NCBI GenBank assembly: GCA_024626585.2
Contig: JANKJI020000002.1
Coordinates: forward strand, 64,623,848-64,643,877
Direction: 5' to 3'
DNA: 20,030 bases
Origin: Ginkgo biloba
Lineage: Eukaryota; Plantae; Ginkgophyta
Shown here: piece after piece, positions 10,224 to 20,030 of the stretch
How the letters are laid out: the number at the start of each line of letters is the position of its first letter
Position numbering within the stretch: the first letter of the stretch is position 1
Made by a program: the position numbers and the translations under genes
Notes under the pieces: generated by a model
What the model was told of the DNA's origin: nothing
Seen by the model: only the letters and a program-made list of their open reading frames with translations
The model's database searches: none

Positions 10224-12762
10224 TTTGAGAATAATTTTTCTTTTTTTTTCTTAATTAAGCGATAACTATTGAATGTGATTTTTTATTACTATTGGATAAA
10301 GGTAATGTAATGTTAACACTCATGAGTTAATTAGCTACATTTTTCTGGAAGGGAATGTGATTGAATGTAGTATATGTGAAATCATATATGAGAAAGTAGA
10401 CATGGAAAATTTTAATAAGTAGGCATAGATACAATAGTTGTTCTTGAGCTAGATGACAAGAAATTGAAAGTTACTATAGATTATAAGTTAAGTGATGCCT
10501 AGGGTATTGGTGTCACATATGATACCTAATATAGCTTCATAATAGGATTCATTTTCTAAGACTTGACTAAGGAATTGATATACATAGAAGATGACATTTT
10601 AGGAGTCATTGATAGGTATCCAAATAAAGGTTGTGACATATAATTATATATGTTGTCTCTATTCATGAATTCAATTTTGTATGGGTAAATATTGGTTATT
10701 AACCTATGAGAAGGTTATTTCAAAATAAGACTTGGAAAGATTTTAGTTCATTTTGATAAAAAAGGGGTACATATTAAAGTGAATTTATTAACAAAAGTAA
10801 TTGAATTGAATAAAAAAATTACCATTGCTATCCACATGGAGGGCGACCTTAGGATATAATAATACCCAATGTGCATGAATATTAAGGTAGTCCTAAGAAA
10901 CTAATTCAATATATCACATTGAATCTATATAATGAACATTATNNNNNNNNNNNNNNNNNNNNNNNNNNNNNNNNNNNNNNNNNNNNNNNNNNNNNNNNNN
11001 NNNNNNNNNNNNNNNNNNNNNNNNNNNNNNNNNNNNNNNNNNNNNNNNNNNNNNNNNNNNNNNNNNNNNNNNNNNNTTAATATTATAGAGGATTTTATTT
11101 TTCTTCACATTAAAAAATTATTTATTACTAAGTATTATTCATGTTTGGAGTAATTATATCTTAATAATAAGAGGGATATATTCTCATTATGAGTGTTGCT
11201 TAATTTTATAAGAAGACTATGGGAGAGGGAGGAAAGAAAGGAAGGAAAGCATTAATATATTAAGGATTAACATCAAGATCAAGACATAGTGGTATAGTTA
11301 TTATTCATTTATGATTCCATACATATGATTATGTAATGAAATCATCTTAAGATCCATATTTTTTATACTTTTTAAACTTATTTTTTACATGGTTTTATAA
11401 CCTATAATTTGATTTGTATAGATATTTAATTGGTATATCTAAATATAGAACAATTTATGACTTGTAATGATCTTATTGTGTGATCATACAAATTTTTAAA
11501 TGATTTTCAATTTTCACTAATATTTTTTAGAAAGTAAAAAATACAAAAAAATATCTAAAATCCTTTGAAATTTAACTTTGATTATGGAAAAAATATTCAA
11601 ACTCATAAGCCTCTAATACTAACAAGTTGTGTTATAATTAGGATAGATAATAATATTACCTATAATAACCTTAGGTTTTATTCTATCCATATCCAAATAG
11701 GGCCAAGTAAAATTATGTTCTTCCTTAGGAGTACATTATATACCAATAAGGATAGCATACTAACTAGACTTATTAGTGATATACATGGTAAGAGTTTCTC
11801 CAATATTCATAAGGTTTGAATCTTCAAGACCTTTTATTGTATAAGGAGTGAAGTTTATAAAATTAGTAACTCGAAAGTGTAATAATTAATTATTTTTACT
11901 ATAATAATTTCCTAAGGCTCTAAACAAAAATGCTTTCTAGGTCTTATGAATTGGGATTGCATATTTTGTGATGGATTATACCCTATTTAGAATTTTTTCT
12001 CTATAGAAATTCAAGGATACGTCCACCATTTTAGAAAATATTGAGTGGCGATGAATAGAGAATATGTACATCAAAATAATTACTCATGAAGTTTGGTTAT
12101 GGTTAAGAATTATTTGATCCTTATGAAAAAGTATATCACCAAGATGGATCCTCATTCCTTTTATATTTTCTAAGGATTATATCCTTTATAAAATTAGGTC
12201 ATCGAGATGGATCCTCATTCATTTTATCTTTCTTTCATATACTTTATTCATTCTATATTAGGTATCAATGCTAAAGAGCCATTTCTCTAGTTTTCTCTAA
12301 TTTATTCAATCACATCATCCTTTCCTATATATACTTTATCTCTTCCCATTTTTCTCTGAATATAATTCTTAGGCTAGGTGTTATGAATTATATTGATAGA
12401 ATTACTTATTTNNNNNNNNNNNNNNNNNNNNNATCAATTTATTATAAGTTATTATAAATTCTAATAGTACCACATGTATATGATATTATTTGAATATTAT
12501 GTCAATCCATTAAATCTTGGGTAATATGGTGTACTCTTCAAATGTTAAGTCATGAGTTTTTTTGTTAGAAATTTAACCACTTTATTAAGGAAATTTGCTC
12601 CTATATCACTCACCAATTGTAAATCTGACTAAAATACACTCATAAAGTAACTTTGTAGTTCTTATAGCACTATTATCCCTTTAATATATAGCTTTAACCA
12701 ACTTTGTTATATAGTTATTATATATAATTATATAATTTTCCTATCTCCTCTCTATTGGGGTT
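10224..12762. other. Very AT-rich, CpG-depleted, heavily decayed repetitive DNA; 11670-12411 possibly an ancient LINE ORF2 relic on +
   Basis: The composition is visibly more AT-rich than the flanks. Faint LINE-like words: EWR*IENMYIKII, TSK*LLMKFG (compare TP..I..AEFG), and attgataga at ~12392, echoing IDRLPPF in the 1-530 copy. Confidence 0.35.
12142..12232 (+). repeat. Direct repeat at 63-bp spacing
   Basis: AGATGGATCCTCATTC is exact at 12142-12157 and 12205-12220, and both copies extend with mismatches into ttttat.tt. Confidence 0.8.
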
Positions 12763-13335
12763 NNNNNNNNNNNNNNNNNNNNNNNNNNNNNNNNNNNNNN
12801 NNNNNNNNNNNNNNNNNNNNNNNNNNNNNNNNNNNNNNNNNNNNNNNNNNNNNNNNNNNNNNCGACAGTGGATACACTTCACCACCGATGCCGACACCTG
12901 CAGATTCTCTATCGGTCCTCGGGCTAGGCACATGCCACACTGACGTTGTTAGTGATTCTTCACATAATGTTGCTGCTGCCCCGCCTTCCAGGATCTCAGT
13001 AGATAGACACGCCGACGATGTCGGCGAGCTCCCAACATGGGGACCAAGGTCTGTCAAGTCGGCGATGGCTCTCACCGACACCAACGCGAAAGCTAAACAC
13101 TGAAATACATAGCAGNNNNNNNNNNNNNNNNNNNNNNNNNNNNNNNNNNNNNNNNNNNNNNNNNNNNNNNNNNNNNNNNNNNNNNNNNNNNNNNCTTGGG
13201 GAATAAAACATAAAAGCCTCTGCGGCTCTTCCTTGTTGTCGGAGGGGTAATAAAATGGATCACAAACAAATTAGACAATGGGCCACTGCCCCTAAACCTC
13301 GAGTTGCCTCACTCAGCGAGTTTGGTCAGCACTGC

Positions 13336-13760
13336 TTTGTCTGTCGGTGGAATGCTCGTCACTGATGTCGACTGTCACTGGCTTTGCGCCATGTCGGTCT
13401 CCTCAACTCTGTCTGTCATTAGGTAGAATGCTCGTCGGCCCTCTCCGACTACCTCACACTTGGCGCGTCTATTGGGATTCATCCGTGCTCTCGGCGGAAT
13501 CCTCATTGTTGCTTTTGACTGCCTCTCTTAGCACATCTGTCAGGATTCGTCTGTGCTCTCGGCGGAATCCTCATTGTTGCTTTTGACTGCCTCTCTCAGC
13601 ACATTTGTCGGGCTTCACTTCTCACTAGGTGGAATACTCGTCGCCACTCTCGACTACCTCGATCAACGATTATGTTGGTCTACTTGCTTGCGCTCACAAT
13701 TGTTGGCAGAATTCTACGTCACCTTCACTGACTACCTCCCTTGGCGTGTCTGTTGGGTTG
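13336..13760. repeat. Diverged tandem array of ~67-77 bp units (at least 6 copies), including a near-identical 68-bp pair
   Basis: Core GGYRGAAT..CTCRTYG...GACTRCCTC starts at 13346, 13422, 13493, 13561, 13628 and 13705. The units at 13475-13542 and 13543-13610 are almost identical. Confidence 0.85.
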
Positions 13761-14134
13761 CAGGTCTCTTGACACACCAATTTTCTGCTTCCACAGTGGG
13801 AATCACATTGCCACTGCCACCATTCATCCAGGACGGAATTTCATGTCATCCTTCCTAAGCTTTTCTGCGCACACCCTGCGACTCGATCTCTGGATATCTT
13901 CTTCATTCGCCCATCGGGGTTCAACTACTCTGCTCATTCATCCACCACAATGCTTCAACCTCCCATTCGCCTTCCTCACGTCTCAACCTCAGCTCACCGG
14001 GGAATCAACCAACCAACTTGGCCAAACCACCCTTCGAACTTGGCTTGCGAATCAGCTAACCAACATGGGAAACAAACTCCCACTGTCGAGCCCTTAAACC
14101 AGCCAACCAATTCTTCTCACCAAGGGAACAACCT

Positions 14135-14240
14135 TGCCAATGGTGGAACCCACTGTGCTCACCAACAGATCCACCTCTCCTATTGTGGAACCCACTCTGT
14201 TTACTCGTGGATCCACCACTTCGATTGTGGAACCCTTTTT
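14135..14240. repeat. 42-bp tandem repeat (~2.5-3 copies, with more degenerate copies upstream)
   Basis: GTGGAACCC occurs at 14143, 14185 and 14227. It translates as 14-aa repeats on both strands: VEPTVLTNRSTSPI/VEPTLFTRGSTTSI on +, GSTIEVVDPRVNRV/GSTIGEVDLLVSTV on -. Confidence 0.85.
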
Positions 14241-14396
14241 CCATCTCCGCTCTGGGCTTTTATGCTTGAAGTTCAAACACGTAGGAACGGCTTGGGTGCC
14301 AATGTTCCTCTGCTCCAACGGTTGTGTTAGGTGAGCTACCCATACTGCAACGACCCCTAATCATCAATGCACTGCAACGACTCTCCAACGCACTCT

Positions 14397-14427
14397 GTCG
14401 AGGTGCTACCATGATGCTCCTGCATCA
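14397..14427 (-). promoter_or_regulatory. Possible LTR end plus PBS-like site
   Basis: The minus strand reads TGATGCAGGAGCATCA|TGGTAGCACCTCGAC, i.e. CA followed directly by TGG. This coincides with the right edge of the CpG-rich block. Only the first ~8 nt resemble a tRNA 3'-end complement. Confidence 0.2.
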
Positions 14428-14989
14428 AATTCCAATGACTAGCATCAATCTAGAATCCAATTCTATGTGAAGAAATTGTAGCCTTTAACCTACAAGAGGA
14501 TTATTTAAAAACATTCTTGCCAACACATTAGTCCACCTTTGACAAAATAGGCAGGTCATCCATGTCGTAGGTGATTGCGACTTGTGAGGGAAGTCATTGG
14601 CTTTGCTTGATTTTAATTTTGCATGTAATTATTTATTTATTTTAAATGCATTTGATATAACATATGTACACATCAGGTGTTGTGAATTATGGTATTGTTT
14701 TGGTCTTGTGAGTAAAATGCATAAGCGATGGAGTTTTTGTTCTTTGATTTGCATCTTCTTAATAAAGGAAAATTCAAATGAACATCTAGAAACCTTTGAT
14801 CTTCAGCTTTGATTTTGGCAAAAAGCTTAAGATTTGTAGGCCTTTGATGCTGGCAAATAGGACAAGCAATAGGGCATATTGTGATGTGTGTGATAACTTT
14901 GAGATCCATTCTAGGCATTTTTTAGTAGGATCAAGCAAAAACATTTGTAAACTATTGAAATAGAAGCTTATATAGATGTTTTTTCTCAG

Positions 14990-16530
14990 GAGTGCACTCT
15001 ATGCCAAACATGATATTGTGTGGATCTGACTCATTGACAATGTTCACAGGGCAAGTCTCATCAACATTCATAAGATTGCCATCTTCAAAAACATTTGGTG
15101 TAAGAGGGACAAAGTTGGTAAAACCTGTGACTCTAGATGGAGGAAATTGGTATTTTTTACAACAAGCATTGCACGAGGCATTGAGAAGAAAGGGTTATTT
15201 AGCTTCACAAAGTGAGTTTACCCATGTTTGTGATTGGCTAAACCTTAATGTTTAACTCGAGGAGAGATTCATCATTTAGAGAATGTGAAACAAGGATGAC
15301 TGAAGGAAATTGACTTCTGGAGATTATTTGAGGTGTAGTTGACAGAATTGAGATCTGACAAAAGTGTTATGCTTAGGAGTTGCTAAAGATTGGGTAAGAG
15401 AAAATCTTTCAATCAAAGCTAAGGTGCTTATGTGAAATGATGTGGAGCTTGAGAAGGTTATGACAAGTGTTTCATTCCAATAAACTCTAGGAGCAAATGG
15501 AATGCTTGAGGAAAATGGGTTTGTACCGGTGGTAGCACATTCCATAAGCAACTCATGCTCTTAGAGATCATGGGAGAAAAGTGGCTAAATGAACTAGAAA
15601 TGGTCAATCATGACAATCTATCCATTGAGGGGGAACTGGATAGTACAAAAAACTGATGACATGACAGTGGTCATAGCTTGGGTCCATGGTCTTCCTAAGA
15701 AGAGATTGTAGTCCAGATTCCTGTCCTTGACTTCTATGTTGAAGTGGATAACTTTCCCCTAAATGAGATGGAATCACAGATAACACCTAATGGGCCTGAG
15801 GATTGACTATCAAAGCTCGTAAGAATCTTTGAATCTCTTTTTTAGAGATGTTATGCCTAATTACACAAAGCATGTTTGCACATCACATTCAACACAAAGC
15901 CTTTGTCAATTGTACAACTCTTAACTATCTTACCTAGGATTTGGGTATCAATGGTGAAAGGAATAGTGGAAGGGGCCCTTGTTGTGGAGTTATTTGTGTC
16001 GAATGTGAGGATGGTGGTATTGCTTAGATAAAAGCTATTTTTTTTATGTAGGGAAAGTGTGTAAGCCATCAAACACTAACATTGCAACAAGAGTATAGGA
16101 CAAGTCTTAAACAATAATCGGCAACCGCATGGGCATGCAGAAAGTTGTTCTTCTAAAAGGAGAGCTTCAAAAGTGCTCGAGGAAGAATCACAAACTTTGG
16201 AATGTTTAAAGGGGCACCAAACTAATTTTGTTTTCTCAAATGATGGAGGTTCTAGAGAAGGGTATTGTTTTGTGCGTATAGTGATGATACTCCTTGTGGA
16301 ACAACTTGAGTCATTAGGGTATTGACTTGGGAAGCATCCTAAGTGGAACCTTGGCTTGACTACCATGCCTAAGGTAGACCCTATGATGGGGACTAGGCTT
16401 GGGAGATCCATTGTGTAAGTGTGGACGATTGTACATGTGGTCTTGCATGAATGGATGCTGGGGCAAATTGGAGATCATTGTTTTTAGGAAAGGGATACTG
16501 CAAAACAACCATGGATGTTCCTAGTGTAGG
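14990..16530 (+). mobile_element. Second decayed reading-frame relic (unidentified, probably TE-derived)
   Basis: Follows the acceptor-like ttttttctcAG (14989). Purine-rich, protein-like patches in shifting frames: ORF 14992-15255, LKEIDFWRLFEV*LTELRS, LGVAKDWVRENLSIKAKV, NWIVQKTDDMTVVIAWVHGLPKKRL*SRFL. Boundaries are approximate. Confidence 0.25.
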
Positions 16531-16629
16531 TTAAGTGTTTTGAATACTATGTAAATATTTTGGGGCCCTACATTCTTATCACCATGTCTAAGTGTTGATG
16601 TGAACTCCTATGGATATGGGTGGTGATTA

Positions 16630-16670
16630 GGGGACCAAGTGCTTGTCCCCATTTCATGAGTAAAGGGGGA
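16630..16670 (+). repeat. GGGGAC/GTCCCC hairpin followed by PPT-like AAAGGGGGA
   Basis: GGGGAC (16630-16635), then caagtgctt, then GTCCCC (16645-16650); AAAGGGGGA at 16662-16670. Confidence 0.6.
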
Positions 16671-17038
16671 CCAACTTTATGAGAAGGGATCTCGAAGTAG
16701 AGCAAAACCTTTTGGCTAGCCCATAGAAGTAACTAATAGAAGCAACAAGAAGACTCATATACTACTTGGTGACGTCCCTACGTAAAGATCTAGAGAATAG
16801 ACATAGTTTGGTGGAATCTTCAGATTAGGAATTGCCCATACATCAGATATGGTAGGGCACTACATAGTTTGCAGGGTCTTTGCCAAGTTGTGTGTGTGTG
16901 AGGCAAGTGAGGGGGTGGGTGGGAGATATTGGTAGGTAATGCAAGCCAAGTAGGATTTTTAAACAAATATTGTAGGTTCATGGCCCCGAAGTTTACAAAG
17001 ACTAGGATTCACTACTAATCTCCAAGAGACACCACCAT

Positions 17039-17387
17039 CGTTGGAGGTGTGTTTGTATAAGAACCAATACTGGAATTGATCTAATATCAAACAATAAACA
17101 AGCACAAAAACCACAGAATGAATTCAGGTAGAATTGGTCTACCATGACCTTCATTCATTGCTCATTAAAATGTACAAGACCCGGTACAAATACATACACA
17201 GAGTTATGTAACGGTCCTTTGTGGACTCGCCACTTGTCTTGTAACTCCCACCATGTGCCACCCTAAGGACGACCCTAAGATGNNNNNNNNNNNNNNCTTC
17301 ACTAATTTAATATTACAATAAATATTAGGGTCCTATGACATATAGGTTATGAACCTAATTACAAATATGTAAACATTAATTCTAACA
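17039..17387 (-). mobile_element. 3' LTR of the minus-strand Ty1/copia element
   Basis: Begins TGTTAGAA right after the PPT on the minus strand. The probable end is ..CCTCCAACG (expected CCAACA) at 17039; this left boundary is uncertain. Confidence 0.6.
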
Positions 17388-17399
17388 CATTCCCCTTAA
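17388..17399 (-). promoter_or_regulatory. Polypurine tract of the copia element
   Basis: Minus-strand TTAAGGGGAATG lies between the end of RNase H and TGTTAG. Confidence 0.75.
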
Positions 17400-17740
17400 T
17401 GTTTACATCATTTTTCTTGACACCTATACCATCTTTGAAGTTCTGGAATTTGACCCGAGCCAAAGGTTTGGTGAATATGTCAACAATCTTCTCTTCAATC
17501 AATCTGTACACAAGTTCAATCTCCCCATTCTATATTATCTCTGATGAAATGATCATGGACCTCGATATGCTTTGTTCTCGCATGAAACACAGGGTTCTTG
17601 GCCATCTTCGGCGTACTCTGATTATCATAGTACAACTTTGTCATGTCCTCCTGATGAAGACCCATATCACCAAGAATCTGCCTCAACCAGATGGCTTCAG
17701 ATGCAGCTGCAACTACAACTTTGTAGTCTACTTCTGCCTC
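17391..17740 (-). mobile_element. Ty1/copia RNase H domain (one frameshift)
   Basis: EAEVDYKVVVAAASEAIWLRQILGDMG..LYYDNQSTPKMAKNPVFHARTKHIEVHDHFIRD, then in a shifted frame EIELVYRLIEEKIVDIFTKPLARVKFQNFKDGIG. These are the canonical EAEY, DNQSA, RTKHI and ADIFTKPL motifs. Confidence 0.95.
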
Positions 17741-17745
17741 AACTA

Positions 17746-17787
17746 TATCGTCTCTTTGACAACAGGCAATTCCACCAAGTCCCAACT
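17746..17787 (-). mobile_element. N-terminal stub of the copia reverse transcriptase
   Basis: SWDLVELPVVKETI resembles TW.LV.LP.GK..I, the start of RVT_2. It abuts the RNase H fragment. Confidence 0.7.
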
Positions 17788-17887
17788 NNNNNNNNNNNNN
17801 NNNNNNNNNNNNNNNNNNNNNNNNNNNNNNNNNNNNNNNNNNNNNNNNNNNNNNNNNNNNNNNNNNNNNNNNNNNNNNNNNNNNNNN

Positions 17888-17942
17888 GGTGTTCTTTGTG
17901 TTCTTGTGGATGTTGAAGGTATTTTGGCATTCATGTTTCACA
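17888..17942 (+). mobile_element. 3' end (U5) of the 5' LTR of a plus-strand LTR retrotransposon
   Basis: A T/G-rich stretch ends ..TTTCACA, two nucleotides before the PBS. The rest of the LTR lies in the gap. Confidence 0.75.
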
Positions 17943-17944
17943 TT

Positions 17945-17956
17945 TGGTATCAGAGC
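17945..17956 (+). promoter_or_regulatory. Primer binding site complementary to plant tRNA-iMet
   Basis: Exact TGGTATCAGAGC, following CA-TT. Confidence 0.9.
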
Positions 17957-18750
17957 TTTGGCCAATCCAAAGCCTGAACTGTATAGGTTCGTTGTTTTAC
18001 GAATCTAAGTGAGTGTTTTTTGATGTTTTTGGGCTGGTTGTTAATGGTTTTCGAATTCGTTGTCCAGATTAAATCCTTAAAATTATTTGGAGAAACTTGT
18101 ATGTATCTTTACAGGTTTTTCTAAAGGATAAGTGGTGTTGACGAAGAATTCTTGTTATTCGAAGGTGAAGGATTCCTGTTCGGATGAAAAGAAGGTTAAC
18201 CATAGCCTTGAGCCGTGGAAAAACTTGGTGAGGAAGTGATAGGTTTTCTGAAGAGTACAGAATTGTACGTGTTATACATGGTTGTGAACAAGTTGCTTGT
18301 ACAGTTGTTGAAGGTGTTTGGATGACCGGTGGTGATTTAAGAACTGGAAAAATGATGTTCTTGAAGCAGTGAGTTACTGCGAAGGATAGGTGGATCGATC
18401 ACTTGGCGAATGCCAGCCTCATTAAACGTTATATATGTTTAGGAGGAGTCGCCCATACTATACAGGCCCGTGGAGCTCTGTGCATAATTTGGAATTGTAA
18501 ACCATCATTGTGAGTTACGTTGTGTCTATTGCCTATGTTGAGAACCTCATGGGTATTTCACTGGTGTCGTGGAGGTGTTGGAGGGCCTCTAAAAGATGCT
18601 ATCAGCTGCTATCAGTCGCCAGATATGTGAGGAGGTTGAGGGTACGTGAGACGCAGTTGTAACGGAGGAGTTGTGGCCAAACCGTGAAAGAACTTGGAAA
18701 CGGTAGAAGGAATTGAAACGCCGTGGGAAGCGGAAGGAGGGCCAGTGGGC

Positions 18751-18870
18751 GTTGATTCGGCTCGCCAATCGACGAATCAACAATGGAATCCGACAAAATT
18801 CGGATTCGGAAGTGTAACAGGCGGACGACGCGCAAAATACGACAAAAATTTGAAAAATTTAAAAAATTTC
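18751..18870. repeat. Two adjacent perfect hairpins and a 9-bp tandem repeat
   Basis: GTTGATTCG (18751-18759) pairs with CGAATCAAC (18773-18781); GAATCCGA (18786-18793) pairs with TCGGATTC (18800-18807); (AAAAATTTN)x3 at 18844-18870. Confidence 0.75.
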
Positions 18871-20030
18871 AATTGATAGTGTGCATGTTTGCTTCATTTT
18901 CGTTGAATGATCGATCTTTGCAAACAATTCATCCTCCTCCTCACTCAATCCCATTGCTCATTAGGGTTGGCTGCAACGATTTGAATTATGCAAAATTTTG
19001 TCTTCTGTTAGCTATGCTTTCAACGAAGTTCTCATAGCGTATGGCATTTTTCTTCAACTTCTCGCAGTGCATACCTCACAACGACATCTCTAGACTTCAG
19101 CGTCGCTCACATCTCCTCCACGCCATGGCTCACAGCAACTTGCTCACAGTAATTTCGCTTGCAACAACTTTCTGTAGTCCATCTTCGACGTTTGAATCCA
19201 CAACAGCTCGTTCATAGGGATCTTCAGTGTTTCCTATCTCTGCGTGCACCCATTCATAGCAACAGTACCCTTTTTTTTAGCATTCTTCTTTCCAACTACT
19301 GGTCTCTATTAACTTTGNNNNNNNNNNATGGTCTTTTGCGTGCCTTGTGGTTTTGAGCTACTGATAGGGCCTCTACCTATGCGGTTCCCTTTCCGTCGGT
19401 TCCCACCTCCAGAAACATCAACCAACGACGTTTTCTTCAACAATGGCTACACAAGATAGCACCAACTCCTCTTGCCACCAGATTGCACTCACTGATGTCT
19501 CACCTTATATTAAAAATATTACACAAACAGAGATTACTGCAGTGTTTCGTTCTGACCTCATTCTTATTTCTTACAACCTCCTACTTGAGGTTCTCAACTC
19601 ACCATTTGCTCATTTGTCATAGCAGTTCTTCACAGAGTATTTTTCTGATAGAGGTGGTCTCTTTCCATAGGCAAACACAGTGGGTGGTTGTCTTTTTCAT
19701 AGCCAAACGACCTCCAACATTCTTCACAGTAGGTGCACATCAGTTCTTCCACTTATAGCAACATTTCTCCTCTGTACAAACCCTACGTGAGCTCTTGCCT
19801 TCTATAACAGTTTCTTATGGTAGCTAGCTCTTTCTCTTAGTCATGAAAACTCTGCTCATAGTAATTCTTCACAAAGAACAAACAGTTATCTTCACGTTCT
19901 CCAACATAAATCTTTCTCCGTAGATTGTTCCTTCACGCAAATCACAAAATTCCATTCCTTGCATGATCCCAATAATGATAATGATATAATGAATAATGAT
20001 CCCAATAGTGAAAGATAGACTGCCACAAAT

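Noticed and set aside
13336-13760. CRISPR-like array
   Set aside because: The repeats are degenerate, the 'spacers' are homologous to each other, no cas genes are present, and the context is eukaryotic TE DNA.
16889-16925. (TG)6 microsatellite and G-rich tract as a G-quadruplex
   Set aside because: The microsatellite is very short and there are only three G-runs of 3 or more; unremarkable.
17399-17977. Longest listed ORFs (192 aa on +, 149 aa on -) as single genes
   Set aside because: They span a 100-N placeholder gap and join two oppositely oriented elements. The + ORF is just the antisense of copia RNase H. All other X-containing ORFs are similarly inflated by gaps.
19963-20010. ATGATCCCAATA duplication and ATAATG repeats
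   Set aside because: Short low-complexity slippage repeat at the window edge.

Overview
This is eukaryotic nuclear DNA, most likely from a land plant, in a fragmented draft assembly with many N gaps, several of them fixed 100-N placeholders. There is no intact long ORF, RNA gene, CRISPR array or prokaryotic operon. Most of the window is decayed retroelements: (i) non-LTR (LINE) pieces on +: an ORF2 C-terminus with a CCHC-type knuckle at 1-530, and ORF1 plus APE endonuclease at 2392-3682; (ii) a Ty3/gypsy RNase H fragment on - at 7882-8060; (iii) a Ty1/copia 3' end on - (RNase H, PPT, 3' LTR; ~17039-17787) whose RT core is internally deleted; (iv) the 5' LTR end and tRNA-iMet PBS of another LTR element on + at 17888-17956; (v) a CpG-retaining block at ~12863-14430 with two tandem-repeat arrays; (vi) two weak reading-frame relics, each followed by a similar hairpin plus polypurine motif. 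The one host-gene-like signal is a ~1 kb disrupted exon (4723-5729) carrying F/L-x-x-W motifs, followed by a candidate GC-AG intron and a clean 72-nt coiled-coil-like exon (7383-7454). I found no convincing evidence of a novel functional system. The best leads are that disrupted gene, the apparently non-L1/non-RTE LINE, and the accessory-ORF relics. All family calls come from hand translation and motif recognition; no database search was run.
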